A DNA stretch of 57,396 nt, filler included, from Sphacelaria rigidula (lineage: Eukaryota), in the NCBI GenBank assembly GCA_964200075.2. It is 8 parts of 8 records of this genome, joined end to end, with 100 filler letters (N's around TTAATTAATTAA, not from the genome) between each part and the next. Parts side by side here need not be neighbours in the genome. Positions count along the whole stretch, not along the records: positions 21,563 to 28,649 come from CAXNAA020016554.1; positions 28,750 to 35,836 come from CAXNAA020016555.1; positions 35,937 to 43,023 come from CAXNAA020016556.1; 5 more parts are not named here. One strand, given 5' to 3'. The position numbers were made by a program, and so were the translations under genes. Shown piece after piece: positions 25,901-36,186 of the stretch (within the stretch, counting starts at the first letter, position 1; every line of letters starts with the position of its first letter). The notes below the pieces were generated by a model, which was not told the origin of the DNA, did no database searches, and saw nothing but the letters and a program-made list of their open reading frames with translations.

Positions 25901-26132
25901 AGATCGATTAAATTTTGCCGAACTCGTTAGTGAATTGGGCTCCCACTCCCACACGGGTAAAAACATCGTGAATCCTGGCCCCGCACAACTCGTTGATGAA
26001 AAACGTCAACGATCTTAAGCTCACAGAAATAGATAGGGTAGCTGGGCGTGAAATCCCCGTTCCCTTCGCCAGACTTGATCGTGTTGTACGCGCAGTAGGT
26101 ATAGCTCGCCCCGACATTCCATCGGATACCGT
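22757..26132 (-). CDS. Mannuronan C-5-epimerase (AlgG-like right-handed beta-helix), last three exons: 26132-26025, 25593-25460, 22951-22757; 5' exons off-contig
   Basis: Spliced peptide xGIRWNVGASYTYCAYNTIKSGEGNGDFTPSYPIYF|YKGTDPPEVEGNDGRPKFNYVGYNTLYSVKDDVAKISDCDQNIFA|HNHVPTGQYFRFLDAQGNFVMNNTF...SCFAPGS...PYICP*. This fits the brown-algal MC5E C-terminal pattern as I recall it (GIRxxVG...YxYxGxDxPxV...GRPxxN...CF). CAG acceptors, GTGAGC/GTAAGC donors, phases 1/1 and 0/0 compatible. Confidence 0.85.
23360..23655 (+). mobile_element. tRNA-derived SINE, family B (in the last epimerase intron)
   Basis: Head GCCCCGGTGGTG...GATTCCC; aligns over its full length with the reverse complement of 31825-32140. 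Confidence 0.8.
24887..25232 (-). mobile_element. SINE related to family B
   Basis: Shares GACGCGGTG...TGCTGATCCAATCCG...GGGTTGATCCCTTG...AAGGGTT core and an A-rich tail. Confidence 0.7.
25460..25593 (-). CDS. Mannuronan C-5-epimerase penultimate exon
   Basis: TTACGCAG|AC AAG GGC ACT GAT CCG...TTC GCG|GTAAGC. Confidence 0.85.
26025..26132 (-). CDS. Mannuronan C-5-epimerase internal exon
   Basis: CTACGCAG|AC GGT ATC CGA TGG...TTC T|GTGAGC. Confidence 0.85.
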
Positions 26133-26479
26133 CTGCGTAGCGGTGTACAGGTAGAGTGGGGCAGCGAAAAAAGAAGACTCGTGCATGTGTTCACCACAGC
26201 AGGGCTAGTTCATCAGCAGTGTCATCATTCACGGTATCAGCAGGGAAAATTTCCTGTGCGTGCTAGGTTACGTTGACTTTTCTCGAGATTCCTCAGCGAG
26301 CGCTCCGTTCATCGTGTACGTTGTTGAGGTGGGTACGTCTATATTGTGCTCACGGCTACATTCCTCCGGAATCAGTTCATATGTGACGTTTGATCAATCA
26401 GTCGATCAAACGAGCAATGGATCGCCCGTATCTTCGCCGGAAAGAAACCCTCGTATGCGACGGATTGGAACACTCGTAG

Positions 26480-26764
26480 GCTGAATATACCCCTCCCACC
26501 GCCCGTAGGCTTAAGGGATCACGCCACCATCTCTCTCGCGATATGAAGATGCCTGCTGTAACGGTTTCGTGGATTGGATCATGACCAGCACTACCGCACC
26601 ATGTTGACTAGCGGTAAAATTTTCCTCGCTACTCACGCCCTCATGTTTGAAACGACCGAGATCAGCTCATTCCTCGGAAAAGATCCGCATGCGCCGATAT
26701 TTGAACCCTCAACCCTGTCCTCGCCGGTTTCAAGCTATTTCAGGTAGGCCACCGAGACAAGGCG
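26480..26764 (-). mobile_element. Degenerate SINE related to family B
   Basis: Reverse complement has GTCTCGGTGGC...GAGGGTTCAAAT head and GGCGTGAGTAGCGA...GTGCTGGTCATGATCCAATCC core. Confidence 0.6.
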
Positions 26765-27083
26765 GCTAGCGAGGTACAATCATTAGCAGTTCTTATCATG
26801 TATTTCGTTAGGCAATTATCTAGTAAGACAATTCGGGGGGGCTGGAGGTCTCATAGCCGGTTGGGGACATGCGGTACGTTAGATGTTACTTTTGTTTTCC
26901 CGGCGAGTTCTGAACAATCAATAACACGCGCGCAAGGGTGGGGAAGCACCGGATGGCCAGCGACTGAACTCCAGCAGGTAGCTGATGTCACTGTACGATG
27001 CCGGTTGTTGGATTGGTTGGTTGATCAACTGACCATTTGATTAACTTCAAGTAGCGTAGCTGAGAACTCTGAGTTATGACTTT

Positions 27084-28649
27084 TGAGTGAAGGCATGCCC
27101 GGGGATCGGTCGACAGGTCTATGTAGGAGCCCCCTTCGCTCCACTCGATCACCGTCCCAGGGATCTCAAGAGTACAGTCGAGGATTAATCAACACTTCGT
27201 CCAGCGTCTGATAGACTTCAGCTGTACCCTTGTTCGGTGTTTGGTTGAGGTATAGTCACCATTACTGGTGGTGTCTATACCCATACCGTGATCATCTGTG
27301 GCTAGAGCGGCGACGGCGTGCAGGGGGGGATCAATTTCCCCGTGCATGTCGAGTACTGCTGTGTTTGAAAAGGTGTTGACATTTACCACCTCGTCACTGT
27401 TCTGAACCCATTGATGATGATCTGAGCTATTAACTGATTCACCGCTTTCCGAGATGTGCGAGCCGTCTTCGATGGCACCGAGAGCAGGAGAAGCCGGTGA
27501 TCTGTCGATGTCAGACATGCGTTGGTTACCTGAGCAAAGCAGACATGCGTTGGTTACCTGAGAAAAATAAGCTTTACTCAGGTAACCAACGCATGTCTGA
27601 CATCGACAGATCACCGGCTTCTCCTGCTCTCGGTGCCATCGAAGACGGCTCGCACATCTCGGAAAGCGGCGAATCAGTTAAAAGCTCAGATCATGATCAA
27701 TTGGTTCAGAACAGTGACGAGGTTGTAGATGTCAACACCTTTTCAAACACAGCAGTACTCGACATGCACGGGGAAATTGATCCCCCCCTGCACGCCGCCG
27801 TCGCTCTAGCCACAGATGATCACGGTATGGGTATAGATACCACCAGTAGTGGTGACTATACCTCAGCCAGTATTCCCCAGTCCGCCCCTGTCCCCATCGA
27901 TTCTGCTGCAGTGGGGACCTCAGCCCCTGCCGCCCCGAGTACTTCCCACACGACGGAGAAATCGCCGCCTGTGCGCCCCCCCCAAAAGTAAGGGGCAAGG
28001 CCAAATCTCAATCCTAACATAGTCGCCCCTAGGCTATTGCAGCCCACATGTGGGAATATTTCACCCACATAGAACAAGCAGCATATTGGGATGACCTGCT
28101 CGCTCAGACAAATCAAACGCGAACGGAGCGAAAAGATCGTGACGCCTTCGAGCGTGCCCAAAAACTGGCGCGCGTTCGTCGGGAAGTAAATGTGAAACGG
28201 GGAGCACTCGCGGATGACCAAAAAAAGAAGGTTCGCCTCCTTCGTCAATCAGCCAAGAGCCTCCGTGAAGCGGGTCTGCAGTACTAACGAGCGATCCAGC
28301 AGCACGATTCCGCGGCCGAAAAATCTACCGTGCGAATTTCGGTTTCCCAATTATCCCTGGAAGAGCAGTCACGCCAACTTCGTCTACTTACCCACGATTC
28401 CGTGGAGACTAGTGATGAAACTGAACCTTCATCCACTACCCCCATCCCGTCTACAACCGCTCCCCCCACTGCAGCTAAAAAAAACACGGGTCTCCCCCCG
28501 ATGCCGTTGCAGACAACTGCGATGAGATATACGATTTTGTCGGGGGTGCAACCCAATAACAACCGTAACCAGCCGCCGCTCCCCGGTACGCGTCGGGCCG
28601 CCCATGGTGGCGCAGAGGTGGCGTGGGGAGAAGACGGACGGCGTCTTAG
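27084..28649 (+). mobile_element. Putative degenerate LTR-retroelement 5' end (LTR-like 27084-27580 plus broken gag-like ORF from ATG 27593), cut by the contig end
   Basis: TGAGTGAAGGC...AATAAGCTTTACTCA gives TG...CA ends with a short inverted repeat; the downstream reading frame (S/T/P-rich, then coiled coil WDDLLAQTNQTRTERKDRDAFERAQKLAR) is broken by stops at 27989 and 28285 and a frameshift; no diagnostic domain seen. Confidence 0.35.
27242..27869. repeat. Long inverted duplication, arms 27242-27540 and 27571-27869 (~95% identical)
   Basis: Mirror ORFs 27189-27614(-) and 27497-27991(+); about 13 differences in ~299 bp; the 30-bp spacer carries a 22-bp tandem copy of the arm end. Confidence 0.97.
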
Positions 28650-28749
28650 NNNNNNNNNNNNNNNNNNNNNNNNNNNNNNNNNNNNNNNNNNNNTTAATTA
28701 ATTAANNNNNNNNNNNNNNNNNNNNNNNNNNNNNNNNNNNNNNNNNNNN
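28650..28749. other. Artificial contig linker
   Basis: Identical pad. Confidence 0.99.
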
Positions 28750-28899
28750 CTCACCATTCAAACACTACGTCGTATGATCATCCCTATTGTGCGGAGTTGA
28801 GGTTCTCCCGCGCCGCACAACATGATCTAGCTCGACTACCATCATGGTTACCTCAAAAACAAAAACGCAAGCGCGCAAAACAAAAGCGGTAACCTGGTC

Positions 28900-29020
28900 G
28901 CCTAGCTTCCGTAGTGAGTGGCGTGTTTTATAGCGTCATCGCCAAGCGACACCAACCCCATCCGGGGTCCGCCCCTACAAAGCCGGGACAGAGCACGCCG
29001 GGTTCTCGCGGGACCAGGCT
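28900..29020 (+). repeat. Dispersed repeat shared with 50311-50431
   Basis: GCCTAGCTT...GGGGTCCGCCCCTACAAAGCCGGGA...GGACCAGGCT in both. Confidence 0.85.
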
Positions 29021-29630
29021 AAATCTTCAGGGGGGAGGGAAACCCAGCCTGCTGTCCCCTAGGGTATAGCTGAGGCGTTGGCGGATGCGGTCAGCTGCCG
29101 TGTATAGAGATCTTTGGAATGGAGACCGCTCAGATGGCGGACACGTCGCCGCCCCCAAGCTTATCACTTACCACGGTTACAGTTATGGGGTCATGATCCG
29201 TGTCGTGTGCCTCGAGTACCTACCAGTCGTTCGGGCAATTTTGGCGAGGCGTCAAATAACGTTGCTACCTTGACTATAGGCTACCGCCACCGTGTGCTTG
29301 TGTGCATCCATGTGTGTGAGCGTGGCCGGCATCCAAGGTCATCGGGACAGAGCGGGCAAGGAGCAGGAGAAAATATACGAACCTCGCAAAGCCTACCAGA
29401 ATTTTCGATTCCTGTCAGTGTTTCTTGATCAATTTATTCTACAATGATCAACAGAAAATAAGCGAAAATCATGCCACTTTTCGAAAAATTACCCTCCGGA
29501 GAGGGCTACGTGTCCCAAAATTCTTACGTCGGTAGATCCCTGGGATATCCATGAACCTCGTGCTCAGATTTTGCATCTCCCAGACATGCTACTATACTAT
29601 CCTTTGCCCTTGCCACCCTGTGTAACCGTT

Positions 29631-30010
29631 CGCCCAGGTGGCTTAGTTGGTAACGTCGAAACGTCCTGACGGTTGGGTCGTGGGTTCGAATCTCGGCGAA
29701 GTTACACGATGTGGGATTCTTCTCACACCACGCCCACCAGTGGAGAGCGAATATGTCGTGGGTGCACAACATTCGACTTCACGATCGACGAGGGAAAGAG
29801 ACCGCTGAACCCTTTTCGCGATGAAAAGCAAGGCAAGCACCGCAGAAGGAAGGTGGAGTACTAAAACAAAAAAGAAAAAATAAGGAATTCGTGTGTTGGC
29901 CTTCCGCCTGTGTGACCCCGGCTGATGCGCCCACATATACCGACAGGCGTAGACTGGTGTCCAGAACAGATGAGATGACACACATCCTGTGTTCGTGTCC
30001 TGTGCCAGTA
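29631..30010 (+). mobile_element. tRNA-derived SINE, family A
   Basis: A box GGTGGCTTAGTTGG, B box GGTTCGAATCT; homologous to 7638-8010. Confidence 0.8.
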
Positions 30011-31824
30011 TCACAGCGCAACAGTGGTCTTGCGTGTGAAGATATGGCGTTAGTAGAGCGCAACCAGGATCAGAGACGAGTGCAACTGTACGGGTGGTAC
30101 GGTGTGGTGGGGTGCGGTGAGCTGGTGCGTCCAGTATGGGGAATTAGGTCGGTGGCTGGTACATGACGCTGTGCGGTTGTTGTCTCGACTTCAAGAGTGC
30201 TTTGGCCGCACTGCGTGGACTGACTCGTGACTGATAAGTGCTGTTTTGCACAAATCAACACCAGTTACATCAAAAGGTTGTAGAAGTCAAGCGATGGTCC
30301 CAGTTATGGCAACACCACACTCAGAGGGCAAGCAACACAGACTTTGTTTTGACCGCAGCTTTCTTAACGGCGTTCCGTGGCGCGTGCGCACGATGCGCCA
30401 TGGATCATGCTTCGACGGCTGCGAGCGTGGCAAGGGAAGCACGGAACAAGGCAACGGCCATCATGAAAAGCATGGGGATACTCCGTACTCTGTTCCACAG
30501 AAACCTGTATAATGCAAGCGTCTCGCATCCCGATGGGTCAAGGACGTCAGTTCCCGTTGACCGATATTCAACTCTTGGCTGGCAAGGGACGCGAACCACG
30601 GTTGTATGGTTGACACCATATCTTGGCCGAAGGGAATTTCGAGTGAGGGACGATGTACGCTCTCACAGTGCTGGAGACAAAGATTGAAACACTTCCCTCC
30701 GGAACTAGCCAAACAGCTTGCTATCGAGGATTGGACCAGCACCACCGCCCCCCGTCGACTTTAGTCGAATTTTCCATCGCAATTCACATACTGGCGTTTT
30801 CAAAGACACAGCCGATATATTGCTCAAGAAGACTTTATCTGTCGGGATCTAGAAACCTTTCACTTCATCTAGCTCATGCCTATTGATTTACCCTTTAAAT
30901 TTGGGGTACGGAGGCGGGGCAGCAGCGCTCTGATTATGTGGTACAGTATTCACGTCCCGGTCGTGTGCACCAACACCCGCGATAGATCTATATGCCACCG
31001 GCTCCAATCGCGCGGCAAGGGTAAGCTGGACCGGTATCTGTTCATGGCGTGAATCGTAACGGGAAAAAAGCGGACGAAGAAAAGACGGCAGGGGGTGAAG
31101 ACTCTAGGGCTTGGTGGTACAGGAGAATAGACGGCGTGAGGTCGTTCGGTTGTACAGGAGAAAATGTGTGTCAAGTGGTATAACGGGCATGAAAGGCATC
31201 GTCCATCGTACATTGGCCGGCTAAAAATATGAGTACAAAAAGCTGGATCAGGGCCCTTACTATCGAAGGGGATTTTCCCCTTTTTCAAAATCACCCTCTC
31301 GTGAAACGACCGCTGATTGGTCGCTACGATACTACCCCCCAAAAAGTGCCAAGAAATCCCCCGTTGGGGAGGGATTCCAGGGAGTGAAGAAACACTTCCT
31401 TAAAAACCCTTTTCAAAAGGGGATTTCCGGACACCTCGAAGGAGAACATACATGTCCCGTTGACAGGGGCACATGCAAAGGCTGACCACACAACCCAACA
31501 TAATCAGAGCTCAACCTGAGGAAATTGGTGCCCCCGCAAACCAACAACACACAGCTCGAACCGTAGCTACTCATCAGCTGGGCACGTTGTGCGTGACGTT
31601 GTTCGAATCTGTTCAGAATTCATTGAGAAATGATGATTTGTGTGAGACGCGCGCACAGCACACCCGCACAAACGGTCAGCAACGACACGGTTTCGGTTGT
31701 TTTTGACAGGCATGTGGCCCCTATTCGTCCGTGACAGGACGGATTTCCGTCGTCAAACAAAACTCTGCCGTGTGTACATTAGCAAGGGATAGCGCTGGAA
31801 TTAATGCGCGTGAGTGGTGGGTGT

Positions 31825-32140
31825 CTTCTTCTTCTTTTTTGTCGCACTTTTAACCTCTCGCCTTCCTCGGGATGAGACCGTGGTCTCCAGGGATCAACCC
31901 ATGTCTCTCTTGGGTACACGCCTTGCATTTCGGTCTCGCGGGTTGGGTCATGACTATCAGCACTCTCGCACCGCGTCAACTCACGCCAAACGAACTCAGT
32001 CGACTACTCTATTTACTCACGTTCTTACGCCTTCCACGGTGAAAATCAGACATGACGAAGGAAAACCACAGCGCATCGCGAATCGAACTCTCGTTCTTTC
32101 CAGCCTGATGGCGACAGCCGGACGAGAACACCACCAGGGC
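31825..32140 (-). mobile_element. tRNA-derived SINE, family B
   Basis: Reverse complement has GAGTTCGATTC B-box-like motif, family-B body and an A/GAA tail. Confidence 0.8.
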
Positions 32141-33194
32141 GGTTGTGCGTGATTATTCGGGGCTGGATATGTAGGTGTTGCGCTGCCTTATTGCGTCTTG
32201 TCTGCAGCATTTCAGAGACCCTGGACGAACAACTACTTCCAGATCCGCCGCATTTCCGACCCTGTGTGCAGATCTGGGGTTCGATCTGTACCAAAACTGC
32301 TTCTCGATGAGACTCAAAATTGGTTGTTGTGGGGGCAATCCCCTTTCAAAAGGGAATTTCGAGAAAGGAGAAAATACCCTTCGAAAAGAAGGGCCCCTAC
32401 CGCATTTGCGAACACGTGCGTGATTTTCGGGATGGCGTAGCGTGGTAAGGTTCAACAGCAAAGAGGTAAACGGTGTGACTCGTGAGTACTGTAGAGTAAT
32501 AGTACATGAAACATGTACAAGAAGCAAAATCTTCTTCGTCGACCATCTTCGTTGTTTTTCAGCCGGTTGCTACGGAAACTCTTCCCATCTCCAATTCTCT
32601 TCAGGACGGGGTGCTTCCGCGTCTGCTATCGCGCGACGTTCGCTTGTGTGCTCAGTTCGGTGCGTCTTGCTGCACCATGGTTCCCATGACTGACGACGAG
32701 GACGAGGACACTACCATTCGGTACACACACAGAGTTGAGAATGGTCAGAAGAGAAGCTTACGTTTCGTAAATGCCGTCACGAACTACTTCAGCTATTCCC
32801 ACGTGAAAAATGACACGGCAACACCTGGCCAAGTGCGCATTCCCTCCGATGCGCACAGGTTCTGTGTCTCATGTTCTCACTCTTTATCTTCGGCACATCT
32901 ATATTGGGATCATGGTTCACTCCATAGCAGATCAGTGAATGCATGACGACCGTTCGATCAACGGGTCGTGGTTGCCGTAATATGACCAGACGCATAATCA
33001 CGGAACAGAGTAGTTGTGGGATGTACCATTGGAAGATTATGAGGTTTCCGACCCGGCATAATTCCCGCTGCTTCTCGTCGGTCCTCTCAGGAGAAAGTAG
33101 ATCCCTGGGGGAAAAACAAACTGATATCGGCGGTTCGGAGCTGATCTTTGCCCGAAAATGTGGCTTCACGTATTGTGCCGCGTTGGACAAAACT

Positions 33195-33720
33195 TGCCGA
33201 ACCCCTCTACAATAGGAGCCATTGTCCAGCGCACGTTTCCGATCTTTTGGCACGTGCGTCCAGTTTGACGCTCCTCAACCAAATATGAAAACAATCTCAC
33301 ACTTTCAACACTTTCCACGATAGCCCCCCCCCCAAAAAAGTGCATGGTTTGGGGAGGCAAAACCTTCACGTAAATCGGAATGGGAAAAGCCGAGCACAAC
33401 GACAAGCTGGGAATTCCCACGCTTGGGTTCGTTCTAGCCAATGCTGCCAATACGAGGCGCTTCATGCAACCTGAACCCGAACATCAGGCAGGCGCTGTAT
33501 GGCCATTTCTTTCGTGACACTTTTAGCTGGGTTTTTTTGGGGGGGGCTATCGTAGAAAGTGTCTTTCGTCAGTTTTTTCCCTTCTGCTTATTTGGGAGAA
33601 AATTGAATAGCATATTTTTTATCCTTACAAGAAATTACTATTGTAGATCGGCCAAACGACAAACTTGGGGCAAAGTGTGTAAAGATCGAAAACGTGCGCC
33701 GGAATCCATCCTTACGGTCG
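33195..33720. mobile_element. Foldback/MITE with degenerate long inverted arms around the 230-bp unit
   Basis: ACACTTTCCACGATAGCCCCCCC/GGGGGGGCTATCGTAGAAAGTGT and CCAGCGCACGTTTCCGATCTTT/AAAGATCGAAAACGTGCGCCGG. Confidence 0.7.
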
Positions 33721-35836
33721 CTGGTTTGGATCGATGTACTAATGATCGACGTTAGATTGTACTATGTGCATCTCAAAACATGCGGAGGATATACCCGCAA
33801 TTCGACGTCTGAGAACTGACGATATCTTCTTTGGCCGCGATTTTTTTGTTCCAGTGAATAAAATGACGCACATCGTTCTTCAAATGTGAAATTTTCATGA
33901 CCGGGGTCCGTCGGAGGTTGCGATCTCTAGGGCTTAGTTCTAGGTACGAGTACTGGATACGATGGAGGAACTCACTCCAGAGAGATACTACGGTAGGGGT
34001 GCACAATTATTTCCTGAGGTTTGATTTGTTTTAGGAGCCCTCTAGCTCGTCCAATAAACGACATATCTTTGTAGAAATATGTGAGCACGCCCCGATGAGC
34101 ACTCCAATGGGCTAGGGGTGTCCCGAATAAATTCGAAAGTGGTATTGTCCTGACCCATATTATTGTCTGGCTCTTAACTGTAGGAGCCCATGAACAAGAA
34201 ACATTAGGGCCCAAATATGCTACCGTTCCGTAGCATTACTCTCCACTGCTCAGGAACGCTCTGTTTATATTTCTTCAGGATTTGGTGGTCTCACGACCGA
34301 CGCATTGAACTAAATATCAAGTGGAAGGTTTTGCCAAGCGCTGTCCAATGTAGACATATCTTTTGCACCTTTCACTGTTGGGGTTAAGGGCCCCAAGGTT
34401 CGCAAAAATTATCTCAGAGCAATGAAACAGAATGAGTTTTTTTCCGCATTTTTCTCCATACCAACAGCGGAGTTACACCTCGTACAGGAATGGGAGAAAC
34501 GCCTCTGAGTACGGCTTTCGATCAATACCGGAATCATACTGTCAATGTCGCGACGACAGTGTCTAAAAAGACGAGAAGACCGGGTATCGACATACTGGTA
34601 CAAATTTGCAAAACGCATACAGCGGTCATCCTTCACTGCAGCTCCACCGCACAGACAGTACCGTAGTGCATCAGCTGTAGTACGTCGCTCACAGTTTTTG
34701 GGTACCACATCATGCACCTGCTGCTAGCCGTTGTGCTGAACATGATGCTTGAGACTTTGTGGCGAAGCTGGGATGGCGGTGGCGGCGGTTGTGTATCGGC
34801 GGCTACCATTGAAATTGGGGCTGATGCGATCTTGAGCAGCAACTACTGTGCACACGCCAGCTTGCTTCGGCTCGTTTGTGAAATCTTCCCGTCGCCTCAA
34901 GGTACGGTGCGTTAGAGTGAATTGTTTCCGCGTGGCTATCGTGAGCTTCTTGTGTTTGTGCGACAAACTCCACTTTCTACTGGTGGTGTGCGAGACGCCT
35001 AGAAACGACAAAAGAACTACTCCATCATCACAGTATGATCCGATTCGGCCGTGTGCCGCAGAAAAACGTCGCCTTTCGTATTTATAAACCATGTCGCCGG
35101 CGAGTACACCAAGCGTGAGTTATTACGTCTTCTTCGACGCCATAGTATGTATGTGCTTGGTCTCTAGACCATTTTCTGTGCATGAAGCAATTAAGACCCG
35201 GCGTGAGCCTGAATATATAACCAGCTCCGATGTTTTCCGACGACAAAGTTTCAGTGCAGAGTAATTTTGGAACGAGGGTTACGGATACGGTATATTTTGC
35301 TTGTATTTCTTACGCCTTCGATACTAAAAGTATGCAGGGGTAATCGTTTCTGCAGAGGGGTGATTTTCCTCACGATAGGCACCAGTGCCAGATTATTTCG
35401 CTATATTTTTACGCCTTCCGGCCCTCTATATTTTTCCATGTGCTGTTCTTCTCGAGGGTCCCGTAGTGAATGATCCCGCTGTCATTCTACCTCGATCTTT
35501 ACGTACCCTCGTATCTTCTACCCAACCACGGCTGGATTTGTACCGCGCGGCAATCAACTCACCGACTAATCAGTACATCAACCAATCAATATTTCAACCA
35601 ATCAATGAATCAATGAATCAACCAATCGATCAACTAATCAATTGATCATACAATCAATCAACCAACCTGCCAATATTTTCAACTCATTGATGATCAATGA
35701 CGAGACCCAAATGCGCAACTGAATCGAAAAGCACAATCCCCTCCTTCGTAAAAAAAAAAAAAGGGAACGAGCCGGGCCCGCCGCAAGACGCTCGGACACG
35801 CACCCTCCCCCGCCCCGCCGACAACAAAAAAAACAC

Positions 35837-35936
35837 NNNNNNNNNNNNNNNNNNNNNNNNNNNNNNNNNNNNNNNNNNNNTTAATTAATTAANNNNNNNN
35901 NNNNNNNNNNNNNNNNNNNNNNNNNNNNNNNNNNNN
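35837..35936. other. Artificial contig linker
   Basis: Identical pad. Confidence 0.99.
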
Positions 35937-35991
35937 CTCTCAATCGTATCATCTACTCTCAATCTCACGAAAACACTGTTTTTGGCGAAGA

Positions 35992-36186
35992 GCAGTGGTA
36001 CCACTGAGGGGCAGTGCTCAAGATACTCATGGCTGATTCTGCTTTTATTAGTGACGTGCAGACTTGCCTTTGCGAGATATGTCAAGACGCTGTGATCAAG
36101 GTGAGGAGAAGCGCAAGCGACTCAAAACAGTGAGCATAAAGTACAACCTGTAAGACACGATGACACGCCCGGAATATGACATGCAT
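35992..36186 (+). repeat. ~195-bp direct duplication with ~40898-41091
   Basis: TGAGGGGCAGTxCTCAAGATAC...CAGACTTGCCTTTGC...GAGAAGCGCAAGCGACTCAAAA in both. Confidence 0.9.

Noticed and set aside
32563-32832. Possible exon (TTTTTCAG...CAA|GTGCGC) in ORF 32506-32946
   Set aside because: No recognisable protein and no phase-compatible neighbouring exon found; not supportable.
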